The notes under the pieces are model-generated. The model saw nothing but the letters and a program-made list of their open reading frames with translations. It was not told the origin of the DNA and did no database searches. 64,000 nt of DNA. Source: Leptonemataceae bacterium (GTDB taxonomy: Bacteria > Spirochaetota > Leptospiria > Leptospirales > Leptonemataceae). The translations under genes and the position numbers were made by a program. Positions 54,127 to 64,000 of this stretch are shown piece by piece (the stretch's first letter is position 1; each line of letters starts with the position of its first letter). Location: contig OZ245742.1 in NCBI GenBank assembly GCA_965227295.1, positions 4,448,001-4,512,000 on the forward strand. The letters are read 5' to 3'.

Positions 54127-54909
54127 GTGCCTGCGTATCGATTCCTCTCCCTCGAAATACAAGATCACATCGCCTGGCTGCGGCTGAATCGACCGCCGCT
54201 GAACGACCTCGATCCCGAGGTCCTGGACGAACTCATCGCCGCGCATCACGAGCTGGCCGCGAACGACGACGTCTGGATGGTGGCCCTCGGCGCCGCCGGC
54301 GATAAGTTCTTCTGCAACGGCGTGTCGCCGGACTTTGTGCTGGAACGCGACGTGGACGGCCGCGCCCTGGTCTTCGAACGTTTGTTTGATTTGATGCGCG
54401 TGATGTACGCGTTTCCGAAGATCGAGCTGTGTGCTCTTCGCGGGCACGCCATGGCCGGCGGCGCGGTGCTCGCGATTCTCTGCGACTTTCGATTCATGGC
54501 CGCCGGCAAGAACCGCATCGGTTTTTCGGAAGTTCCCGTGGGCCTGACCGTGCCCGAGTTTCTGATTCGGCTGATCGAAGGGGTCGTCGGTCCGCAGCAC
54601 CTGGTAAAGATCGCCATGCTCGGCACGGCCTTCCGTCCCGAGGAAGCCCTGGAGATCGGCCTGGTGGATCGTGTGGTACCGGCCGACGAGCTCGATCAGG
54701 TCGCGCAGGATTATCTGCAAGGACTGTGCGAATTGCCGTTAGAGAGTGTGCAGGATGTGAAGGCGTCCATCCGGGCGCCGCGCATGGAGCTGGTGCGCAC
54801 GGCCTCCGGCGAAAGCCTGGCACATCTGCGGCACTTTTTGTCCGGCAACTTCGACGAGGGCCTTCAGGCCGTCAAAGAACGCCGTAAGCCGAAGTTTGTG
54901 AATCCGTGA
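54127..54909 (+). CDS. enoyl-CoA hydratase/isomerase family protein
   Basis: LNRPPLN, FCNG, GHAMAGG, GFSEVPVGL, EALEIGLVD. Confidence 0.92.
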   Translation: MPAYRFLSLEIQDHIAWLRLNRPPLNDLDPEVLDELIAAHHELAANDDVWMVALGAAGDKFFCNGVSPDFVLERDVDGRALVFERLFDLMRVMYAFPKIELCALRGHAMAGGAVLAILCDFRFMAAGKNRIGFSEVPVGLTVPEFLIRLIEGVVGPQHLVKIAMLGTAFRPEEALEIGLVDRVVPADELDQVAQDYLQGLCELPLESVQDVKASIRAPRMELVRTASGESLAHLRHFLSGNFDEGLQAVKERRKPKFVNP

Positions 54910-54977
54910 CGGATGATATTCTCCCGGCGTCCTCGGAGCCTCGGTGGTTTAACTTCTTTCGACGACGCCACATCCGA

Positions 54978-55991
54978 CTAACTGAATATCAATAGATCTT
55001 TGCAAAGAAAGATCAGCGGCAGGACCAGAAACAAAAACACCGCCGTGGTGCCGACGAAAAGTTCCGAGGCGTAGGCGCTCTCCAGATCGAAAAGCACGGC
55101 CGTCATCACCGAATACACCGCGGCCGGCATGAAGGCCATAACGGCGATGACACCGGCGATTTCGTTCGACAGTACGGGCAGGCCCCAGGGCTGCGTGAAT
55201 ACGAGCAGGACCGCGAACGTGAGCGCCGGCGTGAGCAGGAACTTGAGCACGCTCAGCACGGCGACGTCGCGCAGGTTCGCGCCGAAGCTCCGGGCGTCGA
55301 AGCTGAGTCCTAACGTACAATAGTACAAACCTACCGACGGCAGGAGGATGTACTCGAGCTGGATGTCGTAGGCCGGACGTTCGATGCCCGCGAACAACAG
55401 GGCCAACGCCGCGACGGCCGCATACAGCGGCAGATGATTCCAGCTCCGGAGAAAACTGAGCAGATTCAGGCGATCCTCCCCCGGCGTGCTGCGTGCCGCC
55501 CTTCGCGCGTAAGGAAACATCACCAGAAACAGATACGGCGTGAAATAAAACACGAACAGTGCCGAGTAACCGAGCCCCACTTCACCGTAGAGCAGATAAC
55601 AAACGAAACCGCCCATGGTAAAGCCGTGATTCGACAGGCTGGCGCTGATGTTGTACGCGGCGCGGCGCCGGTCGGCACGTTCCGCGCGTAACGCTGGCGA
55701 TGTGCCTTCGTGTTGTGCCGCTGCCTGGTTCTCCGCGGATCGCGCCGTGGTCCAGCGGCCGAGAACAAATCCGGTGCCGACCATGAGGAAACCGGCCACG
55801 GGCAACGCGGCACGATCGGCGGCGAGTTGCAGGCCCCAGGTCGACCAGAACACCACCCAGGGTTCGAGAAAGATCAGATTAAAGCGCACGAGATGACTCG
55901 CGCGGTGCCGCAACTGTCCGCGAAAGATCTGCCCGAAGACAAACGGAAGCAGGACAAAGGCCTGAAACAGGGCGAACTTTGCGACGGGCAC
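54978..55991 (-). CDS. AEC (auxin efflux carrier) family transporter
   Basis: SNHGFTMG, KFLLTP, MPAAVYS, multi-TM. Confidence 0.8.
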   Translation of the reverse strand: MPVAKFALFQAFVLLPFVFGQIFRGQLRHRASHLVRFNLIFLEPWVVFWSTWGLQLAADRAALPVAGFLMVGTGFVLGRWTTARSAENQAAAQHEGTSPALRAERADRRRAAYNISASLSNHGFTMGGFVCYLLYGEVGLGYSALFVFYFTPYLFLVMFPYARRAARSTPGEDRLNLLSFLRSWNHLPLYAAVAALALLFAGIERPAYDIQLEYILLPSVGLYYCTLGLSFDARSFGANLRDVAVLSVLKFLLTPALTFAVLLVFTQPWGLPVLSNEIAGVIAVMAFMPAAVYSVMTAVLFDLESAYASELFVGTTAVFLFLVLPLIFLCKDLLIFS

Positions 55992-56073
55992 GGGACCGTA
56001 TGGGGCCGGCCGGAGTTGCTGTAAATCAGAAAGACCTTGCGGGATTCGGCTGAACGACAGTTGTATCGTATCG

Positions 56074-57249
56074 GTGGAACGCTTCCTCTACGAAGGCGAC
56101 GAATTCTACGCGCATGCTCTCGCGTCCATTCGCGCGGCGCGCTTCAGCATCATGCTGGAGATGTACATATTCCGTGACGATGCGTCCGGTCGGATGTTTG
56201 CGGAAGCCCTGATGGAGCGGGCCCGGAGCGGCGTCGAGGTTACGGTGATTTACGATCGCATCGGCTGCATCGGGACGCCGGATCGTTTCTGGCGCGAGTT
56301 GCGCGATGCCGGTGTGCGCGTGCTTGCCTTCCATCCCTGGCGCGGGCTGCACGATTTTTTGCGCTTCCTACCGCAACGATTGTTGCTGGCCTTCTTTCGC
56401 CGCAATCATCGCAAGACCCTCGTCGTCGATGAACGCATCGGTTTTACCGGCGGCTTTAACATCATGGACGAGTGCAGTCTGGAACGTTACGGACCCGGAC
56501 GCTGGCTGGACGCGGCCTATCAGAGCGACGTGCCCGCGGTGGTCCTGGGATTGCAGGCGTACTTTCGCGATTCCCTGCGGCGCATTGAAGGCCCGGGCAA
56601 GCTTCCGCGCTCATTGCACAAGCGCACCCGCGAAGCGATCTTTCATCCGCCCGGCGACGCACGACCGCTGCTCGGTGTACCGGAACGCTGGCGACGCAAA
56701 CATTCGGAACTGCGCCGACGCTTGCCGCCGCGTATGACCATCGTCAGCGCTCTCAAGAAACTCATGAATCACAGTCGGCGCCGCATCTGGTTGACGTACC
56801 CGTACTTCGTTCCGTACGGCGGTGTGATGCGCTGGATCCTGCGCAAAGCGAGGCGGGATTCCGGCGTGGACCTGCGCATCTACCTGTCCTCCGTTTCAGA
56901 TCTGCCCTGGATGCGTGACATGGCCGTGTTCATGGCCCGGCGCCTGCATCGCCAGGGCGTGCGCATCTTCATGTTTCACGGCGGACGAATTCCGGAAGAG
57001 GCGCCACGCTTCAGCCACGCGAAGGTGGCCTTATTCGATGACTGGGTCGGCGTGGGCACGAGCAACCTCGATCGCCGAAGTTTTTTGTTTCACCTGGAAT
57101 CCATGGTGATTCGTAAAGATCCGCCGTTCATGCAGGAAACCGAGGAGTTCTTTCACTATCTTCACGAGTACAGCCGGCCCTTCGACGAACGCGAGTACCG
57201 GGCCGGTTTCCGGGCATATTTGCTTTATCCGTTCCGGCACTGGCTGTAA
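56074..57249 (+). CDS. cardiolipin synthase / phospholipase D family protein
   Basis: Two HKD motifs (RNHRKTLVVD, SHAKVALFD), PYFVP, SNLDRRS; no N-terminal TM segments. Confidence 0.9.
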   Translation: MERFLYEGDEFYAHALASIRAARFSIMLEMYIFRDDASGRMFAEALMERARSGVEVTVIYDRIGCIGTPDRFWRELRDAGVRVLAFHPWRGLHDFLRFLPQRLLLAFFRRNHRKTLVVDERIGFTGGFNIMDECSLERYGPGRWLDAAYQSDVPAVVLGLQAYFRDSLRRIEGPGKLPRSLHKRTREAIFHPPGDARPLLGVPERWRRKHSELRRRLPPRMTIVSALKKLMNHSRRRIWLTYPYFVPYGGVMRWILRKARRDSGVDLRIYLSSVSDLPWMRDMAVFMARRLHRQGVRIFMFHGGRIPEEAPRFSHAKVALFDDWVGVGTSNLDRRSFLFHLESMVIRKDPPFMQETEEFFHYLHEYSRPFDEREYRAGFRAYLLYPFRHWL

Positions 57250-57343
57250 GATCGGGCGCAGGCGAAAGTGCTTGCGATGCCGGACGTTCACCGTAAAGTG
57301 CCGTCCGTTCTTGCGCGGGCACATCCGCGCGGTTTTATCTGTC

Positions 57344-57706
57344 ATGGCGAAATCTATCTTAATCGTAGACGATGACCCCGAGATCGTCGCCTACCTGAAA
57401 CAGGTCCTGAGCAACGAAGGCTTCGAAGTTACCGCGGGCGACCGCGCCGTCGATGCGGTAAACCTTTACGAACGCCTGAAGCCCGACGCCCTTCTACTCG
57501 ACATCAACATGCCCGGCTCCGACGGTTTCTTCGCGTTGAAGCGCATCCGCATGCGCAGCCAGGCCGGTGTCATCATCATGATCTCCGCACGCGAAGGCGT
57601 CGACGATATCCAGGAAGCCCTGGACCACGGTGCGGACGATTACATCGTAAAGCCTATCGACCGCGGCACCCTCGTCCGTAAGATTCAAAAGCATTTAAAG
57701 ATGTAG
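57344..57706 (+). CDS. single-domain response regulator (CheY-like)
   Basis: ILIVDDD, LLDINMP, GADDYIVKP. Confidence 0.93.
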   Translation: MAKSILIVDDDPEIVAYLKQVLSNEGFEVTAGDRAVDAVNLYERLKPDALLLDINMPGSDGFFALKRIRMRSQAGVIIMISAREGVDDIQEALDHGADDYIVKPIDRGTLVRKIQKHLKM

Positions 57707-57722
57707 GCGGGACGGCCCGGGC

Positions 57723-58343
57723 TTACTGCCACCCGCGCCGGAGTCGTGGTAGGCGGTAGTATCTCAGCCAGAGCCTATACGGTAGCCTGTCTTCCGGCGC
57801 CGACTCCAGGCGTATCCTTCTTTCGTAGTGATTTCGCGCTATGTAAACGCGGTTTGAGAACTCAATGTAGAAGGGGAACTGGCTGTCATAGTTGTGAAGC
57901 TCGTTTGTAGGAACTCTTACGCTTAGCCTCCCTGGATCAACGCGCAAATCTTCTTCAAGCAACCAGGCGAATAAAAAACACCGCGATACACCAAGATAAG
58001 CCGCCCACTGACCGAGTTCCATCCAGGCCTCGTTCGGCACGCGCAAGCAAAAGCGCCGGAGTTCGAGGCCGGACCGCTGATAATGACACTTCAATGTCGC
58101 GGATTGCAAAAACTCCCGTTCGAAAAAGCGCGTGCGAAAGCGCGCCAGTAATACTCCTACATAAAGTCCACGCCGACGCCTGTAGCGTTCCAGTTTTGCA
58201 ACCAGCAAGTCACAGAGATACTCGGGCACGAGCAAAGTCACAGGCAACGATTCCGGAAACGTAACCAGCGGACGTCGAAATTCCATCTGTGGTTCAAATC
58301 TCAGCGGCAGATCAGCCGGGCTGTCCGTAGAATGAATTTGCAT
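57723..58343 (-). CDS. DUF1564-family protein (Leptospira-type)
   Basis: VTLLVPE, HYQ, W.ELGQWAAYLGVSRCFLF..LL, VPT; RBS GGAGG; more AT-rich than the flanking genes. Confidence 0.75.
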   Translation of the reverse strand: MQIHSTDSPADLPLRFEPQMEFRRPLVTFPESLPVTLLVPEYLCDLLVAKLERYRRRRGLYVGVLLARFRTRFFEREFLQSATLKCHYQRSGLELRRFCLRVPNEAWMELGQWAAYLGVSRCFLFAWLLEEDLRVDPGRLSVRVPTNELHNYDSQFPFYIEFSNRVYIARNHYERRIRLESAPEDRLPYRLWLRYYRLPRLRRGWQ

Positions 58344-58407
58344 GATCCCTCCCCGCCGCCGATGGCGGCGCCACGCAGGAGGGAAAGAAACACGTCGATC
58401 GTTGCGC

Positions 58408-58436
58408 AAAAAAAGGGCGGCCGGGCGGCCTCACCC
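58408..58436 (-). terminator. intrinsic terminator after the alpha-E gene
   Basis: GC-rich imperfect hairpin followed by T7 on the minus strand. Confidence 0.65.
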
Positions 58437-58438
58437 GC

Positions 58439-59467
58439 TCATTCTTCAATCCGAAAGTAGAACTCGCCCAGACCCTGGCCGATTTCGTTCAGACGCAATT
58501 GCATCACGTCCAGGTACTCGTGGAGGCCCTGGTGAAAGATGTCTTCGACCTCGGTGTAATCCAACTGCGAACGCAGCCGGCCCAGGAGTTTCTCGGACCG
58601 GTTCGTGAATGAACTCATCTCCGAACCGGTGATTTCCCGGAGCGAGGTCTCGGCAAGTTTCAGGCAAAAACGAATTGCACGCGGGAAATATCGGTCGAGC
58701 ACAAGAAAACGAATGATGCTGCGCGGATCCACGCGATCAAATTCGCGATTGTACATTTCGTAAGCGCTGGCGGACTTCAGGACCGAGGACCACTGCAACA
58801 GATCAAACGAGCGGCCGACGTCTTCTACACGCGGTAGTAAGATGAAATACTTCACGTCCAACAGGCGCGTCGTCTGGTCCGCGCGTTCCAGTTGACGCCC
58901 CAGCATGCCGAAGTGCCAGCCTTCGCTGTGAGAGAGCGTGGTATCGTACAGCCCGTGATACAGTTGCGTCTGCTGGCGGATCAGCGTGCACAGCGGCAAC
59001 GGATCGCGCAGAACGTCGCCCATGTCGCGGCGGATCGCATCGCGGACCTGCATGTGAAAATCGTTCAGGTGCTCCCAGATTTCGAGGCTGATCATTTCAC
59101 GGATCGAGCGCGCGTTTTCCCGCGCACGACTCAAACACGAACCGATGGACGACAGATTCCGTTCGTCCGCCAGGAGAAAGCGAATCACGTCGTCCCGGGC
59201 TGCCGGTGCCGACGCGGTGGATGCAGTGGGCGCGGAAACGCCGTCGGCGGCCCCGCTCGCAGTTTCACCGCCCGCGGCCTCGCCGTACAATTTATGAAAG
59301 AGATCGTTATCTCCGGTCGTGGAGATCAGCGGGCCCCACTGCTCCTGCATACCCGGAGGAAGATCCAGCGTTAAGTTGAGATTGGCGTCGATGAAGCGCG
59401 CATAGTTATCCGCCCGCTCAATGTAGCGGTTCATCCAATAGATTGAATCTGCGACCCGGCTCAGCAT
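58439..59467 (-). CDS. alpha-E domain protein
   Basis: MLSRVADSIYWMNRYIERA, ARENARSIRE, GRQLERADQTTRLLDVK, FPRAI. Confidence 0.95.
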   Translation of the reverse strand: MLSRVADSIYWMNRYIERADNYARFIDANLNLTLDLPPGMQEQWGPLISTTGDNDLFHKLYGEAAGGETASGAADGVSAPTASTASAPAARDDVIRFLLADERNLSSIGSCLSRARENARSIREMISLEIWEHLNDFHMQVRDAIRRDMGDVLRDPLPLCTLIRQQTQLYHGLYDTTLSHSEGWHFGMLGRQLERADQTTRLLDVKYFILLPRVEDVGRSFDLLQWSSVLKSASAYEMYNREFDRVDPRSIIRFLVLDRYFPRAIRFCLKLAETSLREITGSEMSSFTNRSEKLLGRLRSQLDYTEVEDIFHQGLHEYLDVMQLRLNEIGQGLGEFYFRIEE

Positions 59468-60913
59468 TCACGATCTCAACACCCAGGTGTCTTTGCTCCC
59501 GCCGCCCTGTGAGGAGTTAACCACCAGCGAGCCCTTCTTCAACGCCACCCGGGTAAGCCCACCGGGCATCACGAAGATATCGTCGCCGTACAGAATAAAC
59601 GGCCGCAGGTCCACGTGTCGTCCTTCGAGAGAATTCTCGACGAGCGTCGGCACACGCGACAGCGAGAGCGTCGGCTGCGCAATGTAGTTCCGCGGATTAT
59701 CGCGTACGAGATCCCGGAAGCGATCACACTCCCCGCTGCTCGCATGCGGCCCGATCAGCATACCGTAACCGCCCGCCTCGTTTGCCGCCTTCACCACCAG
59801 TTGATCGATGTGATCCAGGACATACTTGCGGTCGTCGTCATCTTCACAGACGTACGTCGGAACGTTCGGAATGATTGCATCTTCGTCCAGGTAATACTTG
59901 ATCATACGCGGCACGTAGGCGTAGACGACCTTGTCGTCGGCGATCCCCGTCCCCGGGGCATTGGCCAGGGCCACCTGACCGCGGCGATACGCTTCAAAAA
60001 TGCCGGGCACACCCAGCAAAGAATCCTCGCGAAACGCCTTCGGATCGAGAAAGGTATCGTCGATGCGGCGATAGATTACGTCGACGCGCTCCAGGCCGCG
60101 CGTGGTTTTCATCATGACACCGCTGTCCGTGACAACCAGGTCCTTCCCTTCAACGAGTTGCACGCCCATCTGCCGCGCCAGAAACGAATGCTCGAAGTAC
60201 GCGGAGTTGAAGACACCCGGCGTGAGCACCACCACCGTCGGCGACTCGCGTTCGGACATGGCCTGCAACGTTGCCAGCAACCGCAACGGATAGTCGTTGA
60301 TCGGCTGCACGCCCATGCTGTGAAACAGGTCCGCGAACGTGCGTTTCATGCTCTCGCGGTTTTCCAGAACGTAGGCCACCCCGGACGGACAACGCAGGTT
60401 ATCTTCGAGAACGTAGAATTCACCGTCGTCGTTTCGGACCAGGTCGGTGCCGGTGATGTGCGTCCACACACCCTTCGGCGGTTGCAGACCGATGCATTGT
60501 TTCAAGAACGCGCGGGAGGATTCCAGGATGTGCCGCGGAATCACACCGTCCTTTAAGATCTTCTGCTCGCCGTAGACGTCCTGAATAAACAAATTCAGCG
60601 CCGTGGTTCGCTGGCGCAGCCCGCCTTCGATGCGTTCCCACTCCGAGCCCTCAATCACGCGGGGAATAATGTCAAACGGAAGCACCCGTTCCACGCCCTC
60701 GTCGTCCTCATAGACGTTGAACGTAATCCCCATACGATACAACGCGCGTTCGATGGCGTGTTTGCGGCGGGTCAGATCATCCGGCGACAGGCGACCGATG
60801 TTGTCGCGCAACGTCCGGTAACCGGGGCGCACATTGCGATCCGCCGAAAACATTTCGTCGTAGTAACGACCGACATCGTACGATTCTAAGAGTGTGGCGG
60901 TTCGTTGGGGCAT
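59468..60913 (-). CDS. circularly permuted type 2 ATP-grasp protein
   Basis: [55 protein letters not shown]. Start re-picked at MPQRT. Confidence 0.95.
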   Translation of the reverse strand: MPQRTATLLESYDVGRYYDEMFSADRNVRPGYRTLRDNIGRLSPDDLTRRKHAIERALYRMGITFNVYEDDEGVERVLPFDIIPRVIEGSEWERIEGGLRQRTTALNLFIQDVYGEQKILKDGVIPRHILESSRAFLKQCIGLQPPKGVWTHITGTDLVRNDDGEFYVLEDNLRCPSGVAYVLENRESMKRTFADLFHSMGVQPINDYPLRLLATLQAMSERESPTVVVLTPGVFNSAYFEHSFLARQMGVQLVEGKDLVVTDSGVMMKTTRGLERVDVIYRRIDDTFLDPKAFREDSLLGVPGIFEAYRRGQVALANAPGTGIADDKVVYAYVPRMIKYYLDEDAIIPNVPTYVCEDDDDRKYVLDHIDQLVVKAANEAGGYGMLIGPHASSGECDRFRDLVRDNPRNYIAQPTLSLSRVPTLVENSLEGRHVDLRPFILYGDDIFVMPGGLTRVALKKGSLVVNSSQGGGSKDTWVLRS

Positions 60914-60952
60914 GAAAAGGTGCGCTCCTGTGCCTGTCCGGCGCAAACGAGT

Positions 60953-60968
60953 AGCAATATTCATACCA
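60953..60968 (-). promoter_or_regulatory. sigma54 (-24/-12) promoter
   Basis: Minus strand TGGTATGAATATTGCT with exact GG-N10-GC spacing, ~40 bp upstream of the ATP-grasp start. Confidence 0.7.
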
Positions 60969-61064
60969 TGGCAAAACACTCTCTCGCGAAGGGTTTTCGC
61001 GCGTAAGGCCTGTACACTCGCCTCAAAAAAAGGCAGATCAGGCAGGATTTAGACATCGCCGAAT

Positions 61065-61082
61065 TTGTAGGAGTTCCTACAA
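61065..61082. promoter_or_regulatory. palindrome TTGTAGGA-GT-TCCTACAA (candidate enhancer/operator or Leptospira-type short repeat)
   Basis: Perfect 8-bp arms between two divergent sigma54 promoters. Confidence 0.6.
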
Positions 61083-61135
61083 TGGGCCGGATCGAGGCGG
61101 TGCGCGGTTTTGCCCGGGTTTTTCCACCGGAGTTC

Positions 61136-61151
61136 TGGCACGTTCCTTGCT
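61136..61151 (+). promoter_or_regulatory. sigma54 (-24/-12) promoter
   Basis: TGGCACGTTCCTTGCT matches the TGGCAC-N5-TTGC consensus, 21 bp upstream of the ATG. Confidence 0.85.
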
Positions 61152-61172
61152 CCACCCTTACGTTAACAACAT

Positions 61173-64000
61173 ATGTCTGTACGGATCGCCCTGCACCACA
61201 AAACCAGCTACGAATACGAGCGCGCCATCAACCTCGGCCCCCAGCTCATTCGCCTGCGCCCGGCCGCTCACACCCGCACCCGCATTCTCTCGTACAGCCT
61301 GAAGATCGAGCCGGAAGAACACTTCATCAACTGGCAACAGGATCCCTCCGGCAACTTCGTAGCGCGGATCGTCGTCCCGGAACGCACCCGCCGCTTCGGA
61401 TTCCAGGTGGACCTGGTGGCGGAGATGGCAATCTTCAATCCGTTTGATTTTTTCATCGAGCCGTACGCCGAGGAGTTCCCGTTCACGTACGATCAGAAAC
61501 TCCAGAAAGAACTCTATCCGTACATGCAAAAACACGAGCGCGGTCCCCTGCAGAAAGCGTGGGAAGAAGGGATCGATCAAACACCGCGGCGCACCGTGGA
61601 CTATCTCGTACAACTCAACCAGCGCCTGGCGGGCGACATCCAGTATCTCATCCGCATGGAACCCGGCGTGCAGGCGCCCGAGGAAACACTCAAGAACAAG
61701 AGCGGTTCGTGCCGGGACTCGACGCATCTACTTGTGCAGATCTTACGTGAACAGGGCCTGGCCGCGCGCTTTGTTTCCGGTTACCTCATTCAACTCCGCG
61801 CCGACGAGAAACCCCTGGACCCGGGCGCGCCCGTCGGCCCCATCGAGGACTTCACCGATCTTCACGCCTGGGCCGAGGTCTACGTCCCCGGCGCCGGCTG
61901 GATCGGCCTCGATCCGACGTCAGGCCTCCTGGCCGGCGAGGGCCACATCCCCCTGGCCGCCACGCCGGAGCCCGAGTCCGCGGCTCCGGTGAGCGGTGCC
62001 CTGGAACCCGCGCAGTCCACCTTCGAATACGCCATGACCGTACAGCGCCTCGAAGAAGGCCACAGCCACGCCCGGCCCTACAGCGAAACCGTCTGGGAAA
62101 ATATCGATCGGCTGGGAACCCGGGTCGACGAAGACCTGGAAAAACAGGGCGTGCGGCTTACCATGGGCGGCGAGCCCACGTTCGTGTTCAGCGACGACCC
62201 GGACGGCTTCGAATGGAACTTCGGCGCGCTCGGCAAGACCAAGCGTCGCCTGGCCGGGCAGTTGCTTTATCGTCTGCACGATCGCTTCGGCAACGGCGGC
62301 GTATTGTATCATGGCCAGGGCAAGTGGTATCCCGGCGAAGAGCTGCCACGCTGGGCCCTCGGCACGTTCTTCCGCGACGACGGCCGGGCGATCTGGAAGG
62401 ATCAGAGCCTGCTGGCCCGAGAAAGCGTCGGCGGCGAACCGGCCTCCGGCAAAAAAGCCGAAGCAACACCGGGCCACGCAAAGACCGAAGACGCGCACAG
62501 GTTCTTAACTTCTATTTGCAAGATCTTACACATCGACGACGCGGGCATCAGTCGCGCCCGGGAGGACGTCTACTATCGCATGTGGGAGCGCGGCTCGATG
62601 TACGCGGACGAGGCCCTCGGCGAAGACGAGCGCCTGAAGAAAATCGCCGCGGCCCTCGCCGAGAGCGAAGACGTGCGCGGTTATGTCGTGCCCCTGGCCC
62701 GGCATCCCGGTGAAGACCGCTGGCTAACATCCAACTGGCGCTTCTTACGCGGCGATCTTTTCTTAATCCCCGGCGATTCCGCCATGGGCTACCGCCTGCC
62801 GTTGCATCGCATTCCCGACGAAAAAGTACCGGGCTACGACTTCGCTCCGCAGAGCGATCCCCTGGATACACCGGCCGAACTTCCGGATGTCGACGAGCTT
62901 CACCAGGGCCTGGCGTCGACTCCGGCAGCGCCACCGCCGACGGATCCGGTGATGTTGCGCACGGCTCTCTGCGCCGAGGTTCGCAACGGTCATTTGCACA
63001 TCTTTCTGCCGCCCATGAACAGTCTCGAAGACTGGCTGTTGTTGATCGCCGCCGTGGAACGCGCCGCGGGCGAAGTCCGGCAACCGGTCTTTCTGGAAGG
63101 TTACGAACCGCCCGGCGACGTACGTTTGCAGAAGCTCATGGTCACGCCGGACCCGGGCGTCATCGAAGTGAACGTGCACCCCTCGCGTTCCTGGCAGGAA
63201 CTCAAACATACAACGGAAGTACTCTACGAAGAAGCGCGCGCGCTCAAGTTGATCGCCGAAAAGTTTCAGATCGACGGACGGCCCATGGGAACCGGCGGCG
63301 GCAATCACATTACCCTCGGCGGTCGCACGCCGGCCGAATCGCCGTTCCTGCGCCGGCCGGATCTCCTGCGTTCGTTGATCACCTACTGGCAGCACCATCC
63401 CTCGCTGTCGTACCTGTTCGCCGGACTCTTCGTCGGTCCCACGTCCCAGGCCCCGCGCATCGACGAGGCCCGCCACGAGAGCCTCTACGAACTGGAAATC
63501 GCCTTTTCCAAACTGCCCACCGCCGAAGAGAAGAACCCCTGGCTCGTGGACCGTTTGCTGCGCAACATCCTGGTGGACATCACCGGCAACACGCACCGCG
63601 CCGAATTCTGCATCGATAAACTCTATCCGCCGGATAATCTCAAGTTACGCCTGGGGTTGGTGGAATTCCGCGCCTTCGAAATGCCGCCGCATCCGCAAAT
63701 GTACCTCGCGCAGATGTTACTGCTGCGCGCGATCACGGCCCGCTTCTGGAACGACAGCTATCATCATCGACTGGTACGATGGGGCACGGAACTCAACGAT
63801 CGCTTCATGTTGCCGTACTTTTTGATTCAGGACTTTTACGAGATCCTGCACGATCTGCGCGAAAGCGGCTACGACCTGGATGCGGAGTTATTCGAGCCGT
63901 TCTTCGAGTTTCGCTTTCCCACGTACGGGAGCGTGCAGATCGGCGACACGCGCCTGGAACTGCGCATGGGCCTGGAACCCTGGCCGGTCCTCGGCGAAAC
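61173..64000 (+). CDS. transglutaminase-like protein fused to a DUF2126 (putative amidoligase) domain, runs off window
   Basis: Hand translation (absent from ORF track): MSVRIALHHKTSYEY...NWQQDPSGNF...GSCRDS...ARFVSGY...DLHAWAEVYVPGAGWIGLDPT...LTMGGEPTFV...GKWYPGEELPRW...TPDPGVIEVN...GTGGGNH...GNTHRAEFCIDKL. Confidence 0.93.
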   Translation, partial: MSVRIALHHKTSYEYERAINLGPQLIRLRPAAHTRTRILSYSLKIEPEEHFINWQQDPSGNFVARIVVPERTRRFGFQVDLVAEMAIFNPFDFFIEPYAEEFPFTYDQKLQKELYPYMQKHERGPLQKAWEEGIDQTPRRTVDYLVQLNQRLAGDIQYLIRMEPGVQAPEETLKNKSGSCRDSTHLLVQILREQGLAARFVSGYLIQLRADEKPLDPGAPVGPIEDFTDLHAWAEVYVPGAGWIGLDPTSGLLAGEGHIPLAATPEPESAAPVSGALEPAQSTFEYAMTVQRLEEGHSHARPYSETVWENIDRLGTRVDEDLEKQGVRLTMGGEPTFVFSDDPDGFEWNFGALGKTKRRLAGQLLYRLHDRFGNGGVLYHGQGKWYPGEELPRWALGTFFRDDGRAIWKDQSLLARESVGGEPASGKKAEATPGHAKTEDAHRFLTSICKILHIDDAGISRAREDVYYRMWERGSMYADEALGEDERLKKIAAALAESEDVRGYVVPLARHPGEDRWLTSNWRFLRGDLFLIPGDSAMGYRLPLHRIPDEKVPGYDFAPQSDPLDTPAELPDVDELHQGLASTPAAPPPTDPVMLRTALCAEVRNGHLHIFLPPMNSLEDWLLLIAAVERAAGEVRQPVFLEGYEPPGDVRLQKLMVTPDPGVIEVNVHPSRSWQELKHTTEVLYEEARALKLIAEKFQIDGRPMGTGGGNHITLGGRTPAESPFLRRPDLLRSLITYWQHHPSLSYLFAGLFVGPTSQAPRIDEARHESLYELEIAFSKLPTAEEKNPWLVDRLLRNILVDITGNTHRAEFCIDKLYPPDNLKLRLGLVEFRAFEMPPHPQMYLAQMLLLRAITARFWNDSYHHRLVRWGTELNDRFMLPYFLIQDFYEILHDLRESGYDLDAELFEPFFEFRFPTYGSVQIGDTRLELRMGLEPWPVLGE

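Noticed and set aside
1..64000. tRNA, rRNA, prophage, integrase or transposase genes
   Set aside because: No cloverleaf, rRNA or mobile-element protein motifs were recognised by eye.

Overview
64-kb chromosomal segment, about 60% GC by eye, from a spirochaete of the Leptospiraceae/Leptospirales. The markers are cfpA, a DUF1564-like gene, a short spirochaete-type SMC and 7TM-DISM/SpoIIE signalling proteins. Most genes are housekeeping, envelope or signalling: PBP1A, glpX, plsC, a TonB receptor, smc, a Maf glycosyltransferase, ruvAC, yebC, acyP, two sigma54 activators, cls, and an alpha-E/ATP-grasp/transglutaminase peptide-tagging locus. I found no tRNA, rRNA, CRISPR array or transposase. Main leads: (1) four genes downstream of cfpA whose domain layouts fit a trans-envelope anchor for the cytoplasmic filament; (2) two diverged copies of an unannotated 230-260-nt intergenic element with conserved blocks and a closing stem (13427-13654 minus, 29654-29910 plus); (3) back-to-back sigma54 promoters for the peptide-tagging locus around a TTGTAGGA-GT-TCCTACAA palindrome that recurs inside the neighbouring DUF1564 gene; (4) modular REP/MITE-like repeats with stem covariation. 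All calls come from reading motifs by eye, with no database searches. Several start codons were re-picked by hand.
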